A stretch of 64,000 nucleotides of DNA. Origin: Emiliania huxleyi CCMP1516. Lineage: Eukaryota. The position numbers and the translations under genes are program-made. Below, piece after piece: positions 1 to 10,280 of this stretch. How positions within the stretch are numbered: the stretch's first letter is position 1; each line of letters opens with the position of its first letter. Location: the NCBI RefSeq assembly GCF_000372725.1, contig NW_005201984.1:62001-126000 (forward strand), given 5' to 3'. Below the pieces are notes generated by a model that searched no databases, was not told the origin of the DNA, and was given only the letters and a program-made list of their open reading frames with translations.

Positions 1-76
1 CTGAATTTTCATCGAGTTTCTCTCAGATTCCTTTTTTGGCTGATATGCACCACGCGCGATATTAATCAGCTCCGGG

Positions 77-220
77 CGCTACATATCGCCTCCAGCGATA
101 CATATCGCTGTTGGACCGCTACATATCGCCCGCGCTACATATCGGTCAAACTGGTGATATGTAGCACTAGCGCTACATAGTCTGGCAGTGATACGTAGCG
201 CTGATGCCACTACGTATCGG
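77..220. repeat. Cluster of short GCTACATATCG repeats in direct and inverted (GATATGTAGC) orientation; possible transposon subterminal repeats
   Basis: CTACATATCG/TACATATCG near 79, 99, 119 and 135; inverted gatatgtagc at 156; variants gatacgtagc and ctacgtatc at 190-218. Confidence 0.6.
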
Positions 221-712
221 ATGGCGATGCAAACGTCCGGTCGTCCGCCCTAAGACGAAAAGCACCGCCGCCGCCGCCGGGCCCCGCCCCCGGCCCGCAC
301 CCCCGCAACCCGCCGAAAATGGCAGCAAGCCTCCAAGCGGATGCGGAAGCACGAGGTGACCACCGCAAGCCCGCACCCAAGGGAGGTGGACCCCCACCCC
401 CCCACCCCCCTCTCCCAAGCAGAAAAGGGGTTGTGAGGATCCTAGAGGGGCGCTCAGGATCCTGACCCAGACGATGGTGCGCTCAAGATCGCACCGTCTG
501 CTCCCTCCCCCACCCCTCGCCGCCACCCTGCCAAATCCCCGCGGCCGTCTGGCTGCGCCTGCTTCCGAGTATCAGTATGACTCCGAGCCCGACTTTTCCG
601 ACGCTGAGAGGCACGGCATAGGGTGGCAGGGGTTCTACACGGACGCGGTGCAGGAGGCTGTGATGCAATGCGGCTATAGTGACGAGCTTTTTTAGGCGTG
701 GAGAGAGGCAAC

Positions 713-1372
713 CAAGATACGGCAAAAGGACTTGCCGGAGAAGGCTTGCCGGAGAAGGTGATGGCTATGACTTTGGACCTTTGCGAGAGGTGGCGAGCGG
801 AGCAAGAGCGGCGCGCGTCCACGCTCCTGCGCAGCGGCTCTCTCGCGACCACAGCCCCTCTTTTGCAGCCGCAGCCGTAGCCGCAGCCCCAACTCTCGGC
901 TCGGTCTTCGAGTGTCGGGTAGCGGTGACCGGGGACCGACGGATTGACCCCCTTAAGATTTCTTTTGCGTCAGGGCGCCCGCAATGCTCAGACAAGCGCT
1001 GAGACAAGCAGCTCCGCGCTTCGGCGCGTCGCCGCTTGGCGCGCTGCGCAGTCTGCGCGTCTCTGCGCCGGCGCAACAGTCGGAGGTGACGCGCAGCACA
1101 ACGCCGGGCGGCGGCTACGTCACCACGGTCGACCCGAGCAAGTTTGTCGAGTACCATCTCCATCGTCATTAAGCGCTGGTGGTTGAACCAGATGAGCAGC
1201 GAATAATTCTTTTTGCACAGGCGGCGCCAGATCAACGTGATCGAGGGTCTCGGCGGCTTTTATCTCTTACTAGGAGACTACAGACGGGCTCATCTATCTC
1301 TTCCAGGAGGGGGCCCGGGAGCGCCCTGCGCACCAGCAAGTGCTCATCTTCTTTGCACAGAGGGGCCGCCTA
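713..1372 (+). pseudogene. Rearranged partial duplicate of the Rieske ISP 5' region (upstream segments plus transit-peptide exon fragment)
   Basis: 713-977 matches 2146-2405; 993-1150 matches 2841-2998 (QALRQAAP...DPSKFV); 1204-1221 and 1291-1372 match 2114-2131 and 2776-2836; the coding copy is truncated. Confidence 0.75.
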
Positions 1373-1524
1373 TGCTATACTAGTGGCTATACTAGTGACG
1401 GGGTGCCGCTCGGCCAGACTGGTGGGGTTCGCGCACAAGCGCCAGTTCAACACAGAGAGCCCAACACTCCGCACGTGAGAGTCCTCTTCGCCGCCCCCAA
1501 ACCAGAGCAGACGCCGGGGCCGCG

Positions 1525-2055
1525 TATTGCAATCCTAGAACTTTCGCCGATTGCGAGCGACACCACCCACAGTCCTACACCTTCTAGGATTGCGAGCGGG
1601 TCCCCTCGCAATCGGTGCGATCACTGTTTGGATTGTGAGGAGACCCCCCCCCGGCGCGCTCACTCACAAGCGCTCGCGGCTGGAGCGATTGGGAGCGCCC
1701 CCTGTGCAGTTCTAGCAATCCTTGGATCTTGGGTACGATTGTGAGCGCCGCCGCTCATAGTCCTACAAGATGTAGGATTGCGAGCGCTACTGCTCGCAAT
1801 CGGAGGCATGTTGCTCGGATTGTGAGCAAAGCTGCTCCATCCTAGACTTTGCTCGGATTGCGAGCGCGCTGGTAGTAGTCGTAGGCGTCACCAGTCACCT
1901 TGGGAGCGGAGCTGCTCTTAGTCCTAGAAGATGTAGGATTGCGAGCGTAGGTGCTAGCAATCGTACACAGAGATGCTACGATTGCGAGGAGTGCTGCTCA
2001 CAATCCTTCGACTTCTTGGATTGAATGATTGAGAGCGGGGCTGCTCTCAATCCTA
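1525..2055. repeat. Array of imperfect palindromes GATTGYGAGC-N7/8-GCTCRCAATC
   Basis: About 10-12 degenerate units, e.g. aggattgcgagcgctactgctcgcaatc (~1775), gattgcgaggagtgctgctcacaatcc (~1980), gattgagagcggggctgctctcaatcc (~2027). Confidence 0.75.
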
Positions 2056-2831
2056 AGCGGTCTACCAAAAGACGGTTCACCGGCAGTGCTGGAGTGTCCT
2101 GAACCCGGCGACTAATTCTTTTTGCACAGGCCCGCAATGCTCAGACAAGATACGGCAAAAGGACTTGCCGGAGAAGGCTTGCCGGAGAAGGTGATGGCTA
2201 TGACTTTGGACCTTTGCGAGAGGTGGCGAGCGGAGCAAGAGCGGCGCGCGTCCACGCTCCTGCGCAGCGGCTCTCCCGCGACCACAGCCCCTCTTTTGCA
2301 GCCGCAGCCGTACCGCAGCCCCATTGGGGCTCGGTCTTCGAGTGTCGGGTAGCGGTGACCGGGGACCGACGGATTGAGGCTTAAGATTTCTTTTGCGTCA
2401 GGGCGGTGTCGAGATCCTGCTTGGCCTTCTCGACAGCCGCCGCTGCAGCCTGGATGGCGCTCGCGGAGTCGGACGCGGCCGCCACCGTCTGTTGGTGCCC
2501 CTGCTGGGCAAAGGCGAGGCGGGCCTCCGCGTCGCCGATTCTGGTCGCCCGCTCCTGCGCGCGGCGTCGGTCGGGTGCATTCACACCGACGCTGGCGGCT
2601 ATCTATCTCCTGAAAAAGAAAGAAAACAGACACGCCAAACGAGGGATGGGACGAGGACAGGGTCCCCACCTGCACGAGCAGGATTTTGGAAGGACGATCA
2701 GGGGGACAGGTGGGGCTCTCCTGCTCCTGACAAGGGACACGACAGGCTCGCAGCGCGGTGCACGGTGGACTCCCACATCTATCTCCTCAGGAGGGGGCAG
2801 ACTGCTCATCTTCTTTTGCACAGAGGCCGCC

Positions 2832-3674
2832 ATGCTGAGGCAAGCGCTGAGACAAGCAGCTCCGCGCTTCGGCGCGTCGCCGCTTGGCGCGCTGCGCAGT
2901 CTGCGCGTCTCTGCGCCGGCGCAACAGTCGGAGGTGACGCGCAGCACAACGCCGGGCGGCGGCTACGTCACCACGGTCGACCCGAGCAAGTTTGTCGACG
3001 GCGAGAGCCTCACCGCGCATCAGGCGCGCGTGCGCCACGCCGACCCGGCGAACCGCACGTTCAACTATGCGATGATCGGTGCGCCGCGCCCAGCTCGCGC
3101 CCGCCGTTGCAGCGCGCCACACGCAGCGCGGCGTCTGCGGCGCAGCCGCGTGCCGCTCCCCCCTCGCTTCCTCAGCCGGCAGCTCGACCGACTCGCCGCC
3201 GTAGGCGGCGCCAAGTTCATCTCTGCCTCAGCCTGGCGCCTCTGCCTGATCAAGTTCCTCGCCCAGATGAACCCGGCGGCAGACGTGCTTGCGATGGCGT
3301 CACTGGAGGTTGACATCTCCAAGCTGAGTATGGGCGAGTGCATCACGGTGAAGTGGCGGGGCAAGCCAGTCTTCATTCGGTCGCGCACCGAGGATGAGAT
3401 CGCCGAGGCCGCGGACGTGAACCTCGCCGAACTGCGCGACCCGGAGAATGACCTCGACCGCGTGCAAAAGCCAGAGACCCTGGTCGTGCTTGGCGTGTGC
3501 ACGCACCTCGGCTGCGTCCCGATCAACAAGGCGGGCGACTACAACGGGTGGTTCTGCCCGTGCCACGGCTCGCACTACGACACCTCTGGCCGGATCCGCA
3601 AGGGGCCGGCGCCGCTCAACATGGAGGTGCCTCCCTACTCCTTCATCGAGGAGGAGAAGCTCCTGATTGGCTGA
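2832..3674 (+). CDS. UQCRFS1: Mitochondrial cytochrome bc1 Rieske iron-sulfur subunit; in-frame GT-AG intron 3079-3204
   Basis: Rieske boxes CTHLGC and CPCHGS, C-terminal GPAPLNMEVPPY, Arg/Ala-rich presequence; removing the 126-nt intron gives YAMIGGAKF. Confidence 0.96.
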   Translation: MLRQALRQAAPRFGASPLGALRSLRVSAPAQQSEVTRSTTPGGGYVTTVDPSKFVDGESLTAHQARVRHADPANRTFNYAMIGAPRPARARRCSAPHAARRLRRSRVPLPPRFLSRQLDRLAAVGGAKFISASAWRLCLIKFLAQMNPAADVLAMASLEVDISKLSMGECITVKWRGKPVFIRSRTEDEIAEAADVNLAELRDPENDLDRVQKPETLVVLGVCTHLGCVPINKAGDYNGWFCPCHGSHYDTSGRIRKGPAPLNMEVPPYSFIEEEKLLIG

Positions 3675-4076
3675 GGGGACGCACGCGTGCCGCGCGCGAT
3701 CTAGCCCGCGTCCCTAGTGCTCGAGTCTGCCCCTCCGCAGCGGAGCGCTATTGTCGTCGATCCCGCCCGCGAGCGGGCACTGCCACTGGCGCAGCACTCC
3801 ACCTTGCCAGATCACAGAGGGCAGCGGTCACATCGTGACACGCGTCTAAGTCCGTCTATACTGTCTTGGCTCTTAGTTACAGGCAGTCGTGCCCTACTAG
3901 TCGCTAAACCTTTCTTGCAATCTCAGCGGAGACTTCGACCACTCTCTCGCGATTCCGCACTGCGGTCACTCTGTGCACAGCCACGCACAAAGCGCGCCGG
4001 CGCGCGGCGCGCCACGGGACGGCGCACGGGGGCGGACCATGAACGTGCGCGCCGTTCCCGTTCCGCATAGCGGATA

Positions 4077-4530
4077 TCATACCTCGTCATGTCCAGTCTG
4101 CCCCTCAGCGTCGCGTCGATTGCCCATTTTTTCTGCGAGCGCGGCGAGCGCGGCGCAACTCGACGTGAAGAGGCCTCTCCTCTCCTCCTCGTTGCCCGGC
4201 TCATCTTCGACGTTGTGGAATGCCACGCCACGGGCCGCCGCGTCAAAGCTGAGGAAAGGGATGCGGGTGCGTGACGACTCGTGCGAGTGTGTCGATGTCA
4301 TGGGTTGCGACTCACCTCAATAAGTGTGACTCGAAGGCTGTGCCGCTTGGTGGATGACCGGCATGGAGTGCGGCGGTGCCCTGCACAAGAGCATCCACGA
4401 TCTGTGAGAACCCCTCCGCCTGTAGCCGCTGGACCTCGAGGATCGCCATGTCGCTGCTTACTGGGGACGAAGCAGAGAGCGCAGCAGCAGATAGCAGGAC
4501 GAGGCTCGGGAAGTGGCGGCTCGATCGCAT
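4077..4530 (-). CDS. Small hypothetical secretory/ER protein (~128 aa), 2 exons, intron 4249-4315
   Basis: N-terminus MRSSRHFPSLVLLSAAALSA is signal-peptide-like; a GTGAG...CCTTTCCTCAG intron joins two ORFs in frame; ends in HDEV (HDEL-like). Confidence 0.5.
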
Positions 4531-4534
4531 TAGA

Positions 4535-5849
4535 GGGTTTTTGCTAAGGTTCCACACGCGTCCCACACGGAGGTTCCACACGTGAGAGCCGGGACTCGTG
4601 GTGTGGGAGCCTCACGACCACACACCTACACGCTCAATCTGTGGGACCCACCGACACCGAGCATGACGGTGTAGCTTCGCGCCCCCGGCCGCCAGCCATC
4701 CCCGATGGACCCCCCACGCCCACTCCGCGCTCGGCAGCGCCTCTCATCTCACCGAACCGCCCGCCCGCCGCCCCGCTGCCGACAGGATCCCATCGACGTC
4801 GAGCCTACGGAGGTGCTGCCGCCCGCCGGCCGCGAGGAGAAGCAGATCGCCGTCGCCGCCGCCGCCGCTGTCGCCGCCGCCGTCCAGCCCGCCGCCGCTG
4901 TCACCGCCTCCCCCCTCGCCGCCGCCGTCCTTGCCGCCGCCGCCCTCGCCGCCGCTGTGTAGCCAGCCGCTTCCCTCGCCGCCTCCACCGTCGCTGCCCT
5001 CACCGAGCCCGCCGCCGCCGCCGCCGCCGCCGTCGTCGTCGTCGCCGCCGCCCAGCCCGCCGCCGCCCAGCCCGCCGCCGCCGTCGCCGCCTCCCCCTCT
5101 CGCCGCCGCCGCCGCCCTTGCCGCCGCAGCCCTCGCCGCCGCAGCCCTCACCGCCGCAGCCCTCACCGCCGCCACCCTCACCGCCGCCGCCCCGCCGCCT
5201 CCACCGTCGCCGCCCCCACCGAGCCCGCCTCCTCCTCCGCCGCCGCCGCCCTCGCCGCCGCCTTATTCGCTGCTGCCGCCCTTACCACCGCCACCGTCGC
5301 CGCCGCCGCCCGGCCCGCTGCCGCCGTCGCCGTCGCCCCGACGGCGGAAGGCCGCAGCGGCGGCTCCGTCGCCCACAGCCACACGCGTACGAGGCGGAGC
5401 TCGATGCGGCGGCTGAGCTGGAGACGAGGAGGAGTGAGTAGCATGCGTCCTCTGCCACCGTGCGCGTGTTATGAGGTGGTGCGAGAGAGCCATTTGCGTG
5501 CGAGCCCGTGCCCCGTCCCGCCACCCGCCCGCCCCGCCCCGGAGCGCGACAAAATGTGAAGGGTGGGCCACTTGTGTTGAGGGATGGCAAGACCACCAGC
5601 TAACGATCTTGTTTTGCAGTTTTTCTATGTGCCGTACTATTTTCACAAAGTCTTTGAAAATCGATCCACGGCGCACGGGACGATCCCGACGCCCGACCGA
5701 CGTAGAAAGAAAAGTGAAACTTTCCCAAGACATATCCGGTGTGGGTGGCGTGTGTGGGAGGCCCTTAGCAAAAACCCCTTTTCACCTGACCGCTGAGCTA
5801 CGTGTGGGACGATGGTGTGGAACCTGATCTACACCCTTAGCAAAAACCC
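4535..5849. mobile_element. Putative non-autonomous TIR DNA element carrying a GCC-rich low-complexity tract
   Basis: Left GGGTTTTTGCTAAGGttccacacgcgtcccacacg (4535) is inverted at right as cgtgtgggac..gtgtggaacc..CCTTAGCAAAAACCC (5801-5849), with an extra copy at 5763-5777; no clear TSD. Confidence 0.6.
4850..5340. repeat. GCC-rich low-complexity tract (poly-Pro/SPPP or poly-Ala depending on frame)
   Basis: Degenerate (GCC)n repeats; frames switch between SPPPP and AAAAL. Confidence 0.8.
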
Positions 5850-6854
5850 CCCATTGTACCGGGTACCTGTTATACAATTGTATGTGTGGCTTGTCTCTCC
5901 GGAAAAACTTCCCCTCCTAGCATGGAGGACGGGCCCACACGCACACACACGCTGCACACGATTGGCTCGGGAGCCGACACGAGGCACGCTGTCACCACCG
6001 CCGATCTCCCGGCGGAATTCGCCCACACTGTGTTGCCCGCCGCCTCCTCTTCTTTTCCTGATTCTCAGAAGAAGTGGCTGAAATCGGTTACACTGGCGCC
6101 GCTCTTCGGACACGAGCAACGCAAACCACCGACCGGGCCCAACGTCTCCTGCCTGACAATGCCGCTGAAGTCGCCTCTGTCCCCTGCAAAGCCACCCGCG
6201 GGACAGTACGAGCCCAAACTGTTTGCTTCCGATAGACCCCGCACCGCCCTCGGGGGTGAGATGGTCGGCAAGAGGGCTGACTTGACGGTGGAGCTTCCCG
6301 CAGCTCCCGCGTCGCCCGCGAAAGGCATTCCCCATTCGGGAAAAAAGGGGCTTAGGCAGCGTCCACAATCGGCGCGTTCGTCGCCCAAGCCATCCTCAGG
6401 GCGCGCTCTTCAGAATGGCCTCCACCTGACAAAGGACGGTGGGTCGAGCTGGGCGGCTACGGTGAAGCCTGGGGCTAATAGCACTTGTGGGAGATAGTAC
6501 ACGAGAAGATGTCCATAGGAACAACGAACGAGATGGAAATGGACGTCCTATCTTGCTATATATCAACGCGAGGGTCGGGAAACTGGAAGTGGGCCCGCAT
6601 GTCGGAGGCGCGGCACACGGCTCAAGTCATGACAGCCATTTTCACACCTGTTATGGCCGCTGCCATAACCTTGTTTGTTTGTGTATGGGTGGGGCCAAAA
6701 AAGCGAAGTCTTGTTTGTCTCTTCGTTCCTTTAAACTCCCTCGCCGAAAGGGGCAGGGGCTGGCGAGAACTGGCAGAACAGCAAGAAAGAAAGTCGGGGA
6801 CGCGAGCGAGGCAGCGGTAGAGGCGCGCGCTCGACGCTCCGACTTTCGCGAGAG

Positions 6855-8432
6855 ATGACTGGCTCTTCCAGCGACGCAAAGCTGCCGTACAGCCTGGACA
6901 AGCTCTCTTGGGACTCTGCGCACCACTTCAACACGCAAAACAAATACGGCTACGCGGGTAAGGGTCGGAAGCTCGGCGACGCGATGCTGCAGTGCGAGAC
7001 GTGCCTGCAGTGGTTCCACGCGCGAGAGGTGTCGTGCCTGACCGACGCAGACGTCTTCGTGCCCTTCCAGCGCAACTACCGCTTCGCCTGCCGCATCTGT
7101 GCCGGCGGGCGCGAGCAATTCGAGCCGCTCACCAACCCGTGGTCATGGATCGTCGTTACGGCGGTGCAGAACCTGCAGCTGCCGCTCGAGGCGAAGAACG
7201 CGGAGGTGGTGGAATGCACGAGCAAACTGCCCGAAACGCGCAAGTGGGTGCCGGTCGCGGAGATCGTTCAGTGGATCCGCAACCACTGGGGATCGCTCTG
7301 CCACGGCCGCGCGCAGGCGCAGCTCGACGACGCCGGCGCGGNNNNNNNNNNNNNNNNNNNNNNNNNNNNNNNNNNNNNNNNNNNNNNNNNNNNNNNNNNN
7401 NNNNNNNNNNNNNNNNNNNNNNNNNNNNNNNNNNNNNNNNNTTGTCGTTAACCGAGTGAGGGAGAGGGAGAGGGAGGGGGGGGGCTAGAGGAGAGCGGGG
7501 GGTAGCCTCCCGAGGGAGGAGGGGCAGGGACGGGGTGCCGAGCGGGCGCCGCTCCTGCGCGGGGCAGGAGTTCATCGTCGAGGAGGAGCTATAGTTTTAG
7601 TTATAACTAGCTCTATTTAATAATTAGGAGTTCATCGTCGAGGAGGAGCGGACGCGCGTGCCTTCGGCGGGCTCGAGCATCTCCTTCTTCAAGAACGGCG
7701 TCCCGCAAGGTGTGGCCTACTCGGAGGCGCACGCGGGGCGCGGGGAGGGGCGGGGAGGGGGCGGGGCCAGAGCTCACGAGTCCCGCGGCATGCAAGGTGT
7801 GGGCCGAGGTGTACTACCCGGCCGCCTCGCTGTACAAGGCGGCCGTCGCAACCTTCAACTTTGGCCCAACCTTCGAGTGCGCGCCCGCCCGCCCGCCGCC
7901 CCGGTGCTTACCCGCCGCGTGTCCCGAGGGGTCTGAGCTGCGGAGTAGGTTCCCGCCGCAGGGCCTGCAGGACGCGCGCCCGATGAGTGAGCTTCCAGGC
8001 GAGCTGCTGCCCTGCTGCCCGGTGGCGACGGACGACGCGGACGAGGGGGGCGGCGGCGGCGGCGGCGGCGGCGGCATGTTTGGCGACATGGCGGGCTTGG
8101 TGGGCTCGCTCTCGTCGGCGGCGGGCGTGCCTGCCGAGGCAGGGGCGGCCGGGGCGGCCGGGGCGGCGGAATCCGTCGAGGGGGAGGAGGCGGCGGATGG
8201 GAGCGCGAGCGAGACGGCGGCGGAGGGCGTGAGCGAGGCCTCTGAGACGGCGTTTGGAGATCTGACCGAGGAGTCCATCACCAACGCGGAATCCGTCACT
8301 GACGGCGAGCCCGGGGGGCCGGCGTCGGCGCTTGCAGGAGACGGTTCCGTTCTCCCGCCCGCCAAGCGGCAGCGGCAGGACGAGTCGCATCTCGAGGCCA
8401 CCGATTCGGAGGAGGAGAGGGGGGGCCAGTGA
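6855..8432 (+). CDS. ASH2L: ASH2/Bre2-like COMPASS subunit (atypical PHD finger plus SPRY), multi-exon, interrupted by an assembly gap
   Basis: MLQCETCLQWFH...FVPFQRNYRFACRIC resembles the ASH2L PHD; GSSISFFKNGVPQGVAY...YYPAASLYK...FNFGPTF...ARPMSEL resembles the SPRY C-terminus. Confidence 0.85.
7342..7441. other. Assembly gap
   Basis: Run of N. Confidence 1.
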
Positions 8433-9004
8433 GTCTCGCTTTTCCTCGCCGTGTTCCGCTCGTGTCCGCTCCGGGCGTGGCTCTGTCGTCTGTCGGTGTC
8501 TGTCGGTGTGTCGGTCGCAAGAGCCGCTGGCCCGGCGCCTGCTCGCCACATCGTGTGGTGTGCCTTCGCTTTCGGCCTCGATCGCCGTCCTTCGGCCTCG
8601 AACGGCCGTGTGGGGCCGCCACGTCGCCACGGGCACGGCGGTGCGCCGGGGGCCGTGACGCGCTAACGTATAACCGTTTTTTTGAAAACATTCAGCTTTC
8701 TGAAGAGGGAGGAGGGAGGTCAGAGGAGAGAGAGAGACAGAGAGGGAAGTCCACTGGGCGTGGGGGACACTGCTGGCGGCGCGATGAAATTCTTTTTCTA
8801 ACCTGTGTGTAAAAGAAAGAAAGAAAACAGAGCGCGCAAGGGAGGGATGGGAGGACGGTACGCCGCCACCACACAGGGATTTTAGGGGAGAAGTGTGGTG
8901 TTAGCCGTCGCCCACCCTCGGGCGTCTACCACTTCATGTCCTTTGTTTTCTCCGCGCAAGCAATTCCTCTTATTCCCTAGTACTGTGTGTGTGTGTGTGT
9001 GTAT

Positions 9005-9580
9005 ATGCGCCCGCTCGCACGAGCGGCTCGTCTCGCCCGTGCGTCCAAGGCGTCGCCGCACAGGGGCCGCCCCGAGGTGGATCGTCCGCACCTTGCCGCT
9101 CGCGAGCTGCAGCTCCGGGTCAACGAGGAGCTGCGGACATCGCGTGACCCGGTCAGCGGCGCACCCATCCCAGTGCAGCCAACCGAGGAGCAGGCACCCG
9201 GGCTCCGGGGCCTCTTGGTGGGCGTGCTTCAGGCGGCTGGCAGCGAGGGGGTGCCCGTTGCGCGCTTTTGGGAGCACTACCGCCGGCACTATGCGGGCTA
9301 CGCCCACCCCTCCTACTTCAAGTCACGGCCGCTCGAGGGCTCCAAGGAGAAGCGAGGCAAGCCCGACCTGGTCTTTCGGGTGTGCGAGCAGAAGCCGGAC
9401 CGCACGCTGAGCATGCTACTCAGATCGTACGACACGTCCCTGCTGACGCTGCTGCGCTCGCTCGCGCACGTGAGCGTCACTTTGGGCGGCCGGGAGGGGC
9501 CTCGCGTGTCGCTCAAGCCAGAGTATCTGGAGGGTGGGAGCGCAAAGGAGGAAGCGGGTGCGGGGAGGGGGGACGGTTAG
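9005..9580 (+). CDS. Hypothetical protein with possible LOTUS/OST-HTH domain
   Basis: LRGLLVGVLQAAGSEGVPVARFWEHYRRHY...YDTSLLTLLRSLAHVSV resembles the LOTUS pattern, with an insertion. Confidence 0.45.
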   Translation: MRPLARAARLARASKASPHRGRPEVDRPHLAARELQLRVNEELRTSRDPVSGAPIPVQPTEEQAPGLRGLLVGVLQAAGSEGVPVARFWEHYRRHYAGYAHPSYFKSRPLEGSKEKRGKPDLVFRVCEQKPDRTLSMLLRSYDTSLLTLLRSLAHVSVTLGGREGPRVSLKPEYLEGGSAKEEAGAGRGDG

Positions 9581-10280
9581 TTGTAAGGGGTTCTCCACTT
9601 CCTTATGCGTGTCCGCTCACAGCGCCTACTCTACACCACCACACGACCGTGTAACTTCTCTCTCTCTATTGGTGTATTTTAGTAATCGTCGAGATTCGGC
9701 TTTACGTTTAGAGAGCCGCGCGGCGTAGCAAAGTACGGCTAAGCTAAATCCTAAAATACATACCTGGTGTATGCCTAGTCCCTAGTGCCTAGACCCCAGC
9801 GGTGAGGTCTCTTCACACACACTGGAGAGAGTGATCGGATCGGAAGAGAACCTACGGGCAGGCTGAAGAGAGAGCGCGCGCGCGCGGCGAGGAGAGAAGG
9901 CTGTATACGGCTTTTACGGCTACCCACAGTGACAGTAGATTGTGACTCAGTATATCTAGCTCTCTACATATACCACATCGCACATCGGCATGTGTGTGCC
10001 TGTACACGTATCCCCCACAATCGGCGGGCGAGGACCACCCCCTCTTTGCGCGTGTACTGGTCATTTTCTGTCTTGCAAAGCCTTTTTTTTCCTTCTCTTT
10101 GTCTTTGTCCCTTTTTGAAGAAGCGCGCAGGATTTCTTATCAATAACAAGGTCTGTGAACACCCCAACCTCTCACAGACTAGCAGATCGACCTTCCTTTT
10201 TTTATTTTGCCAAGGCCAGCGGCCGAGTCCGGCCGTCCTTCTTCGCTCCCGCAACTATCCGCTGGGCGCGGGATGTGAAC

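Noticed and set aside
1525..2055. CRISPR array or lac operator similarity (ttgtgagcg)
   Set aside because: Repeats are degenerate, linkers are too short and not clearly unique, there are no cas genes, and the context is eukaryotic; the lacO match is short
2406..2831. N-terminal extension of Rieske ISP in the ORF track
   Set aside because: It runs through duplicated, motif-bearing upstream DNA; the presequence-like start is ATG 2832
4931..5416. Extensin-like poly-proline gene
   Set aside because: No ATG-led consistent frame; explained by the GCC-rich repeat
5886..6497. 203-aa ORF upstream of ASH2L
   Set aside because: Low-complexity Pro/Ser/Lys-rich sequence with no domain or splice support that I can see
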